From Camelus dromedarius (lineage: Eukaryota): a stretch of DNA of 64,000 bases. Where the stretch lies: positions 73,968,001-74,032,000 of the forward strand of contig NC_087437.1 in the NCBI RefSeq assembly GCF_036321535.1. Reading direction: 5' to 3'. Both the position numbers and the translations under genes were made by a program. Under the pieces are notes generated by a model that saw only the letters and a program-made list of their open reading frames with translations, did no database searches and had not been told where the DNA came from. The number at the start of each line of letters is the position of its first letter. The stretch's first letter is position 1. This document shows positions 50,615 to 63,797 of this stretch, piece after piece.

Positions 50615-51615
50615 TTTCAGTGTTTATTGAGCACCCACCATATGTTGTGTTACAAACTGAGGATGTAAAAAGACAATAAAAGCAATAAGTCTGCTTTAAT
50701 ACGAAAAGTATTATAATGGAGAAAATAATTCTAAGAGATGCTAAAGGAGAAGGAGCCTAACACTGCAAGAAAGGGAAGGAGAGAGAACACGGTGACTTCC
50801 TAAGAAAGCTGATGCCTGAGTTAAATATTTGAGAATGAATAGAAGTTCCCTGTGTAGGAAAGAGGAGGGGAAGGTATTCTGGGCATGAACAGCATCCTTT
50901 ATAAAAGCAAACAGATACAAATCAGTAAGACCTACTGATTAACCAGAAGTATCTCCTTATTGTTGAAACGTAATATTGAAAAGTCGTGAAAAGATGATAT
51001 GGGAGAGGTGCCGAAGAGTGTGCACTTCATACTGAAAGCAATGTGAGGTCGCTGAAATTTTAAAAATAGGGGCACATGGTAATACCCATGTGTTATATTT
51101 AATATATATCATACGCTAAATTCTCTGCTAGATATGGGGGATACAGAAAGCTGAAACATGGTGTCTGCCTTCAAGAAATTCACAAGCTATTGGAAAATCA
51201 CATAAATAAACAGCAGCAATGCCTGTGATAAACGGTCTGAGGAAGGCAAACAGTGTGCTTGTGTTACGGAGGAAGAGGAGAATGTGGGAAATTGTGAAGA
51301 TGAGAAAGAGGAATTGCAAGTAGTTTAAAAGTGATTCTGGAGGGTGGGAAACAGTGAGGACAACAGAGAAGTTTGGAGAATAGTTAAGGGCCAGGTCCAG
51401 AAGGTCTTTTATGTCATTCTAAGAAGTATTTTATTCTGAAATCAATCACCAACTGTGAAAAGAGGAAGCTGGAAGGTTAAGCCACTAGAAGGGATGCAGC
51501 AGGGAAAGGGGACAGAATGAACATTCTTTTGTGTCTCCCTGAGTAGCTGGAGTGATGGGCTCTCTAACTGAGACAGGAAACAGATGGGACAGAGTCAATT
51601 TAGGAGCAGGAGAAA
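50615..51615 (-). mobile_element. L2 fragments
   Basis: gtttattgagcacccacc; gctgatgcctgagttaaatatttgagaatgaatag; ggtgtctgccttcaagaaattcaca; ctaactgagacaggaaa. Confidence 0.7.
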
Positions 51616-51639
51616 GATGAGCCACTGCACAGATGCCCC

Positions 51640-52110
51640 GTCCACAGCCCTCGATGAAAAAGGCAGCCCATTTTACTACCTAATACCCTGGCCATCGCTG
51701 CAGTAACTGGATTGAGAATCTGACTGAAAAGTAGCCAATCTGCAGTCAGGACCAGCCAGCAGTGGTGTGCCCTGGCACGAAAGCAGAACTATCCAGATAA
51801 CAAAGGAGGTATTAGTGGGAACTGCCTTTATTAGGTCCCAGTGCAGACAGAGAAGCCTATGGCAGACCATGGTGAGCCATGCACAAATCAAAGTTATGAG
51901 GAGGCCGACGTGTGGAAAGCAGCGGAGATGCCCTGGAGAGACCGTGTGAGCTCCTGGCAGTGATGGGAGAGAAGCGGTTGCCCAAGGTGTCGGCTGCCAA
52001 TGGCTTTGATGGCTTTCCGCATCCATGCCTTACAACAGACTCACTTTTCCTTGAGGTAGTGGTGTCAGCGATTCTCTGTCGCCTGGAACCAAAAAAATCT
52101 AACTGAAGCA
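51640..52110 (+). mobile_element. ancient ERVL LTR (LTR16-like)
   Basis: 3' terminus ctctgtcgcctggaaccaaaaaaatctaactgaagca resembles LTR16/LTR33 ends; GC-moderate body. Confidence 0.5.
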
Positions 52111-52779
52111 GTCACCAACCGGCTGTGTGCTCGCTCTCTCACTTCTGAAAGAGCCTTTGAAGAGTGAGGGTCATAGTCAAAGTCCTTTAGAACCATTTTT
52201 TGCCTCCTTTCAGCAAAATTTTTGTTAACCGATGAGCAAGACCTTTGGATCTACTGATATAAAGTCATATGGGACCTCACACTTAGAATCATGGGCGCAG
52301 AGGAAGGGCTGCCTACTGCCCTGTCCAGTGCCACATGAAAATGTGGGGACACTGCCTGGGGTGGTTTAATCTCCCTTTCCACACACTTTCATCTCAACAC
52401 TCAGTGGATGGGCAACCCAAAATGGGTTGCAACCTCAGCACGGGGACACTCTTGGTTTCTGGGTAGGGTGGGAGACTTCATCGCAAGTTGCCTAATGAAT
52501 GAGTCCAGATGCACAGCTGACCTGGGGCAGAGGTGGTTACTGCTCTCCCAGCGCAGGGAGCCCACAAAATGTGTTTGACTCCTGTTCCTGTGCCCAGATC
52601 TCTGGCAGCAGTGGTCACCGGGTGGCTTGCCAAGGGGAGCAGGAGCTAGGAGGGGGCAATAGAGAATCCTTCCTGGGCAGAGGGAGAGATGATGTGAGGT
52701 GAACCATCTAGTTGCTGAGACCTCATTATCCCCAGCACATGGTTCTTGCCCCACTGGACTTCATCACCAAACAAATTCA

Positions 52780-53276
52780 ATGACAACCTTATTAAAAATT
52801 TCAAGACAGAGACTTCAAAGCTTTAAACCTCAAGCAGGAGCCCTACAGAGTTTGAGACCCTGATGTGATTTGCTGAATAAATGTCTAGGCCCAAGATGGA
52901 GCTGCTCTTGCTCGGGGTGCTGTACTAGCAAACCGAAACTTAGGTAACGTTTGTGTCCCTATGCATGCTTGGCCAGAAATGGCAGTAAATCCAGTCAGCC
53001 AATCCCCAGATGCCAAGCCAAGCTCTGGGCACTATGCTAATTTCCTTGTTCCTCATTCATTTTCTATTTTTCTCTCCCTTGTTCCTTATTCTTTATCCTT
53101 TAAAAGTTTCCTGCTTTCTGTCACAGTTTGCAGTTCTCTGGACCCTTGGGAATAGAGACCACTTCATGAAATGTTAAATAAAGTTTGCTCTTTATCAACT
53201 TAATTGTCCTCTTTAGTCATTTTTAACATTGGTCACATTTTAACTGGTCACATTGGTGACATAAAGTCAGGCCTAG
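52780..53276 (-). mobile_element. MER45-like hAT-Tip100 end, split by the ERV1-like LTR
   Basis: attaaaaattttcaagacagagac...ttaaacctcaagcaggagccct resumes after the LTR as ggtcacat...cataaagtcaggcct. Confidence 0.45.
52861..53228 (+). mobile_element. ERV1-type solo LTR
   Basis: TG...CA ends; aggcccaagatggag; agccaatc CCAAT box; ctttaaaag TATA-like; aaataaag polyA signal; ends ttttaaca. Confidence 0.75.
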
Positions 53277-54009
53277 GTCGATGGAATCTGGATAGAGAAA
53301 GGAGGAAACGTGGGAGTAAAATGAATATTTGTTAAAGAATTCTGATTTTTTTTAACAAGAAGAAATCTTATTTATAACTTATGTTTTGAGATAGAAGGAT
53401 TTCATACATAATTTTCCCCAAAGATTATTTCTTTCGTGGACAGAATTATCACTAAAAACCAAAACCAAACCAAACCAAAACTAAAACTAAAACAGAAGTA
53501 TTATAAGAGTCATACTGTAAAAATGCAGTATTTATAAATTCTCAGAAGGTAAGTCTGAGAATTAACCATCTTGATGTTAATGATTCAACTGCTTAACCTC
53601 TACCTGTAAGAATTTGTTCTTTATCAATGTGAGAACACAACAGAGGACTGTAATTTACAAGCATATGTAACTCCTACATGTCAGATTCCATTACAATACA
53701 TGGAAAGTGGAAATCCATGGATGAAAATGTAGCCTGGGACTGTGGCCTTTGAATCTCCAAAATAGCCAGGCTTTGAGAAGTAGTCTCACAATTTGTACTT
53801 ATTTCTTATCAAGCAGCTATTTTTCAGGAAGCAGCAAAAAAAAAAAAAAAACCCAAACCAAAACAAAAAAAAAACACGTTTTGTTTTGTTCCAGTTTCTA
53901 AAGGAAACAGGGGAGTTCCCAGATTCTAAGCAGTAAGCTTATATTCCTAATCATGCAGAAAACTCTTAGAAAGGATGGTTGTTAAACCAACAAGTTGTTT
54001 TGTTTTTAG

Positions 54010-54146
54010 AAGCCTCCAGGAAAATGCGGCTTTATTCATAACACTTTTCACTGAAGCAGCAGCAACGTCCATAGCGACTTGCTCACACAAAGCTCCTGTT
54101 TAACCAAAGAGAGAGGACGGACAAGTGCAAGTTCAAGTGGGAGAAG
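54010..54146 (+). other. candidate non-coding exon
   Basis: ttgttttgtttttag acceptor and AAG|gtgaga donor; stops in all three frames. Confidence 0.25.
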
Positions 54147-55439
54147 GTGAGAGTAACTTCACAATCACTGGCGTCCAGGGGAGGGATCAGTGGCCAAAGA
54201 GGACAAAGACCACACAGTGAGCTTTTGACACCTCAAGAGTGGCTCAGGAGTTCTTCATTATTCAAGCAGGAAATAAAAAAGATTATTTCTCCCTGGCAAT
54301 GATTAGTATGGGCCATTGAACGAGAAGGAGCTCTTGAGACTACAATGCGCTATGTCAGTTCTCACAGAAGTTTTCTTTCCCCTAATGAATCCCCAGTATA
54401 ATGACTTGCGCTGCTACCCTGTAAAGTCATGCTGTAATCCACATGAAGGATGCTCAAGGCAGCACTCGACTGGTGTCACCTCTCTACGCCCTCTTCTGCA
54501 AGCGGCAGGGAGACCCTCAAAGGTGGAGACTTGCAATGTAAAGGAAAAGACAGAGGAGAATTTATTATTCAGCTGAGATGTTGCCCATATGTCCCCAAGT
54601 GATAACATTGTTCTCTTTTCCTATATGTGTCTTCAAAGGAATAAATAAACGCCACAGCACTGAGTTACTGTGGGGTACAGAAATGCCCTCTTGATGTTTA
54701 ATTGCAAGGCAAGTGTTCCCTGGAAATGAGCCAGGGTATCTTGTGAATCCAACAGCCTTCGTTCAGTACTGCCTCTGCCTCATCGACGCTGAGGCGCTGT
54801 GATCCTGTGCACTGCCCCAAACCCAGAAGCTGGGTGCGATTTTCTGCTCTGCCTAGTGAGGATGATTTAGCCATTGTTATGTTTCAGTCAGAGTTCATTT
54901 AATTGCTCCTAATGTTAATGCACTGTAATACATATGTTAATACTCATGGCACCCTGCTTCGGGGACCTTTAGGTTATTTAGTGTCAGCCCATTTCACTGG
55001 CAGAGACCAGGCTCAGAAAGTTTCCCCCTTCACAAAAGCACTTTGCATTCATTAATTCTTTCATGGCTCTTGAGTGTGAGGCAGATTATATTCACAGCTG
55101 CAGCGATGGTACTAGGAGAAGTGGTATTTCCCAGCACCCCTCTATGTGTGTAGCCTTCTTTGACATTCTTTGCTAAATAAAAGACCCAGTCACCTGCTTG
55201 ACATCAAACTTCTATTATCGCAAGCCTATAGTTGGATGAAGCCCTCTGTTAGTCCCCTGCTGCACTGCACACGCCAGTGCTCAGAAAATAATTCCTTCCT
55301 TGACATACTTGTAAGCATAACTATTACACCATCTCCCCAATGGGAAGGATCACAATCACCCCGACATCACCTCTGACCACAGCATCGCCTACTTTTAGTT
55401 ATAGTCCCCAGGAGAAGCTTTAGTTTATTTGAGGCATTA

Positions 55440-55660
55440 TCAATAGAATCATGGACTCCTATAATACTATATCTAAAAGTTACTCTAGAGATAACCTCAT
55501 TCAATTTCATATATGTTTAAATATATATGCATACACCCCCCCCAACACACACACACACCTGAGTGTTAAGGAGAGTAGGTGATCTGCCCAAAATCATCCA
55601 GCCTATTAGAGTCTGAGACAGTGGTAAGTTGATTTCCAGAATTCCCAGTCCCTTTACTCC
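55440..55660 (-). mobile_element. MIR-family fragment
   Basis: tagaatcatggact...ggtgatctgcccaaaatcatccagc. Confidence 0.5.
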
Positions 55661-56899
55661 ACAAGCTTTCCAGAGACCAGTCTGTCAAAGCCATGACAAA
55701 CTCCATGGAAACCTTAGCTCCTAGAACCAATGCCTTGGCATTCTTAGGCAGTGCTAAGATGTTTTGCTACTAATCATTTGACCAGGTAATACTGAGCACT
55801 TACAATGTGTGAGCCATGGGACTTAAGACCAGGATACAGATGTAAAAGCCATATTGAATCCCTGTGTGCAGAGAAATCTCTCATAGGCCGTAACTGACAC
55901 CCAGGGCCATCTGATATTTTCAGATATGTCTAGAAGAAGTTGTTTTCCTTAAAAAAAAAGAAAAAAAAAACCGCTCTTTTGTTAAGCAGAATAAAGGTAG
56001 AAGGAAAAGATCGTTTTCAATGAAGCTGAAACATGCAGGGATAACTCAATCACTTTAGAATATAATCTTTGGAATAGATAAGCATGTAGATGGTTGATAA
56101 CATAAATAATTAGTTTAAGATAAATAATGAAATTTTAACCAAAGTGCCTTTTTATTAGCTGTAAACTGGGAGGAATCCGTGCATTTAGTAGGGACATAGA
56201 ATATGTCACAATGGAAGTGACGTATTGGAATTAATCATTTCTTCTCTAATTTATTAGAACTGCTTCCTGTGGGAGATGAGATTTCAAGACCTGTTTGAGT
56301 GATGAAGTAAAGGGAATTTGTCAGAGAGAATCAAAAGTTTTGTGAGAGAAAGCAATTTGTGCAAGGTCATTTAACTAGCCCGTGTCAGAGTAGGGAATTA
56401 AACACACTGAAAAGAAATGAGTGTTTCTATAGTGAGTCTCCTGTAAGAGCACCTTAGAGCTGATGTTAAGGATTTTCTCCAGGAGGTAGAGGAGAATGAC
56501 AGTGACCTTCATGAAATTACCCATTTTGTCTCAGAGAAAAGGGACTCAGATTTTTCAGCTAAGAACCCTAGGTTCCAAGGGCAGATCTAAACCTCCTGTC
56601 TCTCTTATCCATGAAAATGCTTTCCAAATCTCAGTGGAACCTAGAGCAGGACAAAAATACGTGTCTGAGACAGATGAAAACTTACTTTCCTCAACCTTTC
56701 GTCTGAGCAATATAATCCTCATTTTTCTCCTGAAAACAAGAGTCATAAATGAATGCAAACATTCACAGCTGAAAGTCTGTAAAGAATTTCTCCCAACTAG
56801 TTAACCTGAGTAAGAAGGGAGCAAAGCAAGAAGCATGGCTGATCACACAAATACTAAGTCAGAGAGAAACTTCTTTCCATTAGTCATGTCACCAGGAAC

Positions 56900-57305
56900 T
56901 ACACGTTTATTTTCCTTATGATCAGATCTCCATCCTTCCAGTCCCTAATCATTCTCTTATCTGCTTGTTCTTCTTTGTAGCAAGATCCTATCTGAAGTGT
57001 TTTTTTGTTTGTTTGTTTTTAGTTATTTGGGTTTTTTGGGGAGGGGTGGTAATTAGGGTTGTTTTTTTTTTTTAATGGCAGCAGTGGGTATTGAGCACAG
57101 GACCTTGTGCGTGCTAAGCATGCACTCTACCACTGAGCTATACCCTCCCCCTGAAGTTTTATTACTTGTTTTTTCCCCCAAAACTCTCTCTTGCCTCACT
57201 GGAGTGAAAGCTCTATGAAGACAAACCATCTGGCTCCCTACTGTAACAACAGCACCTAGAATAGAACCCAGCACACAGGGATATTCAATAAATATTTGCA
57301 AAACA
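56900..57305 (+). mobile_element. L2a 3' end hosting the SINE
   Basis: cactggagtgaaagctctatgaagaca...cagcacctagaatagaacccagcacacagggatattcaataaatatttg. Confidence 0.75.
56999..57150 (-). mobile_element. tRNA-Ala-derived SINE (camelid vic-1-like)
   Basis: minus strand ggggagggtatagctcagtggtagagtgcatgcttagcacgcacaaggtcctgtgctcaataccc...ccattaaaaa...cctaattacc + A-rich tail; A/B boxes; TSD ctgaagt at 56992-56998 and 57151-57157. Confidence 0.88.
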
Positions 57306-57849
57306 AATATCCAACAAATGCCATAAAACATTCAAAATCAATTTCTAATATTTTTCCCAAATAACAGCAAAAAACACAAAGACTGTGAAATTACTGAATG
57401 AAAACTGAGGGTAAATATGTGGCATTTTTTATATTGAAACGCTTCACCACTGGTACAGATGGCAGTTATTAAAGATGACAAGTTACATGTTGTGAATAGT
57501 ATCTTCTCATATGTGTGACATATACCCGTGTGATACATAACCTGAAGACTACAGATGGAGGCTTACCTGAGACACAGAGATCTGGAGATCATGCAGTAAG
57601 AAGCATGGGTAGAAGTTACTTATTACACAGTAGCCACTGTGATGTCTTTAAACATACAGCATTGCCCTCCCTCCACTACTTACAAACATCCGGTGGCACT
57701 GCAGATGCGTAATTAATCATCCAGAATCTTCACCACAGCTCAGAAGTTCCACCTGATGTGCTCCTGCTGCCCTCTCAGAATTCATCGCTTACATTTTCTG
57801 TTTTGCTTAATGAGCTTGTAGATTCTCACTTCCACTGGCCATCAATCTG

Positions 57850-58235
57850 TCCCTCAGATAACTCAGCTCAGTCCCTCACTCAAGGCCTTTATACGCATAG
57901 ATTTTTCTGCTTAAAAAGTTTTAAACCTCAGATCTCCATATGTCCAGCTTCTCATAGTCTAGGTTTTTATCAAAATGTCACCTTCCTGAGAACCCATTTT
58001 GACCATTTTGTCTAATTTAACTCATTTCAGTTACTGTCTATTGTCTCACACCTCTAAATGTTTTTCATAGCATTATTTGAAGTTATATTATTCATTTACT
58101 TGCTTGTTCATGATGTGTCTCCACCCACTAGAACAAAAGTGCCGTAAGAGAGAAGCCATGTGTGCTCTGCTCATCTCTGTACACCCTGTGTTTAGTTACT
58201 GGATGTAATAAATATATGCTGAAGAAATGAATAAA
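57850..58235 (+). mobile_element. L2a 3' part
   Basis: caaggcctttatacg...caaaatgtcaccttcctgaga...ccactagaacaaaagtgcc...aataaatatatgctgaagaaatgaat. Confidence 0.75.
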
Positions 58236-59351
58236 TCCCAGAGTCTTGATAGGTGGAGGGGATGGGAATAGTCTGGAGCCTTCCAGGGGAGCAGTACAAC
58301 ACACAGGACAGTGAAAACCCATGTGACACGCAGAGAGAGAGGAGACTTCAGTGGGCTGTTTCCAGAGCCTCAGTGTTGAAGCCGTGACCTTCCCAATTAC
58401 ATGGAACTTCTTAAAGTCAGGAAACTGGGTCTCAATCATCTTTCTGACCCCAGATCCTAGCATACTGTGTAACTTCTGCTAAGGTTTCAATATGTGGTTA
58501 TTGAAATGAATTGGCTGACTTCTCTTAAATAGTATACAAATGTATTTCTGGCTCCAATCTTAAAGCCAAGAAGGATTTCCTTCCTTTTTCCCTTATTAGA
58601 GGGAAGCTCTTTTTCGTTAGTTGTCAGCAAAGAATTGTGTCTAAAAGCAAGTCACACAGGTGCCGCAGTGTCAACAGCTCTGGCTTCATGTCCTCCTCTG
58701 AGCTGAAGTCACATAAATCTATCAGCGGGGGCTTCTGAGTGACAGGGGGTGGAGATTCTTTTAACAATGTATGTCTGAAGCCGGACGTTAAATTATCTTT
58801 CACTAAAGCTTAAGAGGCTGACTATCTGGGCAGGATGTTCAGGGGACAAAAGTGATCTCAGCCTCAGTTATACACGTCACCAGTAGGGCTGGGCTGCAGG
58901 GCCGTCACCCTTATTGCAACCTCCTGACCCTGAAAGTTCAGAGGTGCCCAAAGGCTTCCTTGGCATTTCAGGCGGCGGAGACATTTGATCCAAAGGTGTT
59001 TATGCCAGACATGAAGTGTCAGTGTGTGAGGTTGCCCCCACTTCCTCCGAGTTAATATAAAGGTCATGGACTTAGAATTGGAAGAGGGGAAAATAACTTA
59101 TCATTTGCAAAAAGGAAGGCAACAGGTGCTGGCATATTAAATAGAAATTAAATACAGATCACAGCAAGTGCTCTTGGAGAAGTGGGTGATGTGAATTTAG
59201 CTGTCCACACAGTCTTGAATCTCATTAAAACAGGTGAGAGATTAATGTTTTCCCTTCAAAACACATGTAGCAGATTTTTTTTTTCCTGTGTGTGACTGTA
59301 TTGCATGGGCTACCCATTAGATCTCAAGTCCTAGTTTACATCAAGATGTAT

Positions 59352-59356
59352 GTGTT

Positions 59357-59389
<33 letters not shown>
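59352..59389. repeat. (GT)n microsatellite
   Basis: direct observation. Confidence 0.93.
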
Positions 59390-59669
59390 ATTGGGGGGAT
59401 ATTATCCTGAGTCTAAGCTTAGATGTGCTGGTGAAAAGAGGAAAAGAGGAAGAGCAGCTTCTTTCCTTTCTTTCTCACTTGCTGAAAGAGGGAGAGGTAC
59501 GAGGGTGTGGGGTGGGATGCCAAATGAGGGCCTGGGTGTTTGGCCATGGAAAGAGCCCTGCTACTTGGGCTTGTTCTGGTATCCACAATGCATAAAAGAG
59601 AAAGAAAAATAAAACAGCAAAGAGAGATGCTGCGATATTCCCGCAATGGCACTTAGGACTCATATCAAG

Positions 59670-59830
59670 GATACCTGGGTCTAGATCTAATTGTGTCATG
59701 ATGTGTCATAATGTGAAAACTAAAGTTAGTGCCCTTCTCTGGGTCTCAGTTCAATCATTCTTCATAAAATAGGGAGGAAAGATGATGATTTTTTGTCTCT
59801 GAGGTTCATTCCAGCAGTGTTTCTGTGTTT
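59670..59830 (+). mobile_element. MIR fragment
   Basis: acctgggtctagatct...cccttctctgggtctcagtt...cataaaataggga...ctctgaggttcattccagc. Confidence 0.6.
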
Positions 59831-60115
59831 AAAGGAAGCTGGCCCCCTCGTAACTGGGGTTGACGGCTGAACCAGAATGGTAGCCCATGTCAATAACGTG
59901 ACTCTGAGAAAATGCTGGCTATAAAAGGACGTCACTGTTCAGTTTACACAGATGGAGGTATTTTTATTCAGCATAGTCTGTAAAGATGTGCCTGGTCTAG
60001 AAACCAAAAATTAGAAGACTGACACCAGGGTCCACGGGAGGGTCAAGATAACCCGTGAGTGAATCAGATTCAAGGGCGAAGAGTGCTGTCAGTTAAAGGC
60101 ACCCATTCTTACTCC

Positions 60116-60425
60116 TTTTTTCTCTTATTTTATTGATATATAGTTGATACATTATAGTTTCAGGTTTACAATGTAATAATTTGATATTTACATATTTTGC
60201 AAAATGATCACCATAATAAGTCTAGTTAACATCCATTACCATGCATAGTTACAAAACTTTTTTTTTTTCTTGTGGTGAGAACTTTCAAGATCTACTCTCT
60301 CAGCAACTTTCAAATAGAATATTATTAACTATAGTCACCATGCTGTACATGGCATCCTAGTGACTTATTTTATAACTAGAAATTTGTCCTTTTTGACCCT
60401 TTTTCACCATCTCACCCACCCCCAC
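60116..60425 (-). mobile_element. L1MA9/10-like 3' end
   Basis: ttattgatatatagttgatac...aaatgatcaccataataagtctagttaacatcc...agatctactctctcagcaactttcaa...tagtcaccatgctgtacat. Confidence 0.88.
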
Positions 60426-60984
60426 TGCAGACATTATTTTAGAAAGTGAGTGGAGACACCAGGTTAGGACAGAAGACTGAGTCACGGGTTGCTTCTGTGT
60501 TCAGGTGGTGATCTCTTTTACTGGCCTTTATTCTCATGTTAAGCAAAGGTTAACGGAACACTCATAGGGTAAATAAAGACTCCTACATGGGAAACAAAGT
60601 CCCCTAAGTATCGCAGTGACTGCAATACACGTGAGGGATAAGGACCACAGAAGAAGAAAGGGCAGGCTTAGATCACCTGAACAGTATCACAGAGTAAAAC
60701 TCGCCAGCTGTCGGAGGCGGGAGAAATAAATTCCAAGAGAAGTGAGCAGTAAGAATCTGAATAAGAGATTCTTCTTGTAGGTTTTAGAGTTGAGAAACAT
60801 TTTTAAAATAGTTTAAAATAGCAGAGATAAGGAAAATAATGAGGAAGGGGGAGCCTGACTACAAGCAACAGGGCTGAGGGAGCACGACCAGGGACAGCGG
60901 GATGGCTGCTCTTTGGGGCTTGGGTGGAAGAACCACTCTGGGCCCGGAGATCATTATTAAATGAAAGCTACCTTACTTCAAAGA

Positions 60985-61172
60985 CAGCATGTGAGGCTAA
61001 AACTGGGTTTGAATCCTTATACAACACGGCTTAGCTCTTTGATCTTGGGGAAGTTATGCAAACATCATTTTATTCATTTGAAAAACAGTAACTATATTAT
61101 TCAAGCACTTATTATAAGGTTAAATATGATACATGTAAAGAAAATAAGCACTTAACAGAAGGGCAGCTATTA
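60985..61172 (+). mobile_element. MIR
   Basis: ctgggtttgaatcct...cttagctctttgatcttggggaagtta...tataaggttaaatatgatacatgtaaag. Confidence 0.8.
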
Positions 61173-63797
61173 GCACACATCGCACCATCATCTGGTTATG
61201 CATTTTCTCATTATGTAAGGGAAACGACGCCAAACTTGCTTACCTTATTTCAAATAATTATTATTCTAGAAGACCCGAAAACAGCATAGTAATGAAATCC
61301 ACAAAAAAAAAAAAAGAGAAGCTGGGGTGGTTGGGAATAAACAGTAAGAGAAGGAAGGTCAAATGGGGGAATAAAAACAGTTCTGTTAGGCAGGTATGTA
61401 AATAGCATCGTATTTCATGCGGGCTAATTAGAGGGCTTGTGGATAAATGAGATGTACAAGAAATAATTTCCAAATATCCTTTCTTTGCTTAAGTGATGAA
61501 AAATTAAGCTATTTGATTGGCTACTTTAAAAGAGAGGCGGAATCCTGAGAAGCAGGACGTCCATTTTCATTCTGGATTAATGATTCACTATCCAAGTGTG
61601 AAATTAGATAAATACACACTCCTTCATGCAGAGCAGAAATCTGAAATGCCCAGGGAGTTTTGACAGTGTCACACAGTGTCTCTGTTTTCCCTTTCTGATT
61701 ATTTTCCATAATTTGCAGAATGGTGTCAAAATGTTCGTTATTATGACAGAGAAAGAGAGAGAAAAGAGAAAGAAGAGGTTTTATTATTCACCAGAAGCAT
61801 ACTGCAAATCACTTCCAAAGCTCACTGCTTCCTTGATATAGCAGATGAAAAACAAAAATATGCTTTTGTGAAAAGCAAGATGACTCTCTGTTTTAGTGAT
61901 TCTTGAAAAGATCTCACATAAGCCTCTCTTAAGAGAGAGAGGGTATCCTTATTCACTGACTCGTCTTCTTTACTTTTTCTAGCACTATTCAGTGGAAATT
62001 GCAGGAACTGATTTAAAGAGAAAAAATTAGGAACATGATAAGCACTGGGTTCTCAAGTAACTTTTTAATAAAAACTCTATTGCCTCCAACAAAATATTTG
62101 TCATTGAGAACAACAGTATGATTACGTATCTGATTTTATGCACATTTATAATCATTCGTTTTTTCAAGGAACTTTTTACTAGCCCCCTTCACGGTTTTGA
62201 TATGAACTAGGAAGTTCTGCCACACTGAGGATATTCTCAGAGAGGAGCAGGCAAGCAGTGGGGCAATGTCAAACCAACCATGAACCAGAGGGAAGCTTTG
62301 TTTCTGCCAAGCAGAAATTTTACAATGCTCCTGGACATTCTTGTATGCCTTGGGAGGGAGAAAAAAATGTAGCGATCCCAGAATACCTAGTACACTTCGT
62401 CAGGAACATAAAAAGCCCTGTGTGTATAAAGGGGCTACAACTCGATCGGGTGTGCAGAGCAGTCTTCTGGCTCATATTATGCAATGACACAGAATCCTAC
62501 GTGCTCAGTCTAAGAAACAGGGTGAGGAATCTCTACCATGGATGCAGAATTAAATCCTGTGAGATCTGCTGGAATTCAGTAATAAACATTTACAGACCTT
62601 ACTGATTCAATATTCAATTTGATGCATTTGGATAAAGCCAACACTGCCCAGCTGTTTCCCAACAAGGTGGCTAGGGAAGTAAAGTAGCATTGGAATAGCC
62701 CCAACAAAGAGCTGACATTTTGGTAAATTTGAAGGGGCACGTTAGATGACCCAGAAAATGCCATTCCAGCAAAAGCAAGGACAGACGTCTCTAGGTCAGG
62801 GGTATTCTGGCATCTGAAGAGTGCACAGGTACAACTGGCCTCCCCTGATCTTCCAACAGGGGAAACACACTGGGAAGCAGTCCAACTTGGTTGAAAAGGT
62901 TGGTAGAAAACCTTAATTGTTACAGCTCACCATTTTAAAAGTCAAAATGCATCACTTACTGAATTTTCAACTTCTAAGAAGGAATTTTTTTCAAGAGAAT
63001 GCTGTCAGCTTATGTATTGTATTTCAAAGGTCTCAGAAAGTACATGTTTGTCTTGATCTCAGTCCTCATCAGGACTAGTGTGAATGCCATAATTTTCATT
63101 TTTCTTATGGGAAATAAAGAAGGTGAGGAATAATAAATAATGTGACACTAGTATTTTTTGAGTTGTTATCAGATTATATTCTTATTTCCACCCCTTGTTA
63201 CTGACCCAACATATCCCTGAAACACAAATGTACACCTATCCATAAAAATCATCTTAAGAACAATAAGCCTTAGAGTTCCCATTTCAAAAGCCCTCTTTTC
63301 CTCTGGATCAATTCTGACTAATACATTCAGATAAAGGAGAAGTCAGTGACTCATTCAAAAACCAACCAGAAAGAAACAGATTTACTTTGGCATCCTTAGA
63401 GGCCAACCTCTAGATAAAGAAAGTGTCAGATGGCAAGGCTGGTAACTCTTCCTCCTTCTTTCCTTGCTTCTCTGGGAGCTGAGTGACAGCATCAATCCCC
63501 TGCTCAGAAAGCAGCAAAATAAGATGGTCCACAGCAGTCAGTGCTCATGTCCCAGAGCAAACAGTGGAGTGAGGGTAAGCTGACAAAGACATCCTGCCCT
63601 CAGTCATGCCTTATGCCAAACAAATCCTTACAGCCTCTGGGTTCCTATGATAACTATTATTACCATTCTGTAGAAACAAGATAGCTGGCAGAAGAGTTCA
63701 GTTACACAAACGATTGCAGATATTTTCAGAACTCTGGCTAGACTCAGTCTAGTAATCCATGTCTCAGGTTTGGATTTTTGGTGAGTCAAATGTTATC

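Noticed and set aside
51676..52106. Overlapping ORFs suggesting a coding exon
   Set aside because: The region ends in an ERVL LTR-like terminus and the peptides are unrecognisable
57075..57150. tRNA-Ala gene
   Set aside because: Mutated B box, SINE-specific 3' extension, A tail and TSD identify it as a SINE
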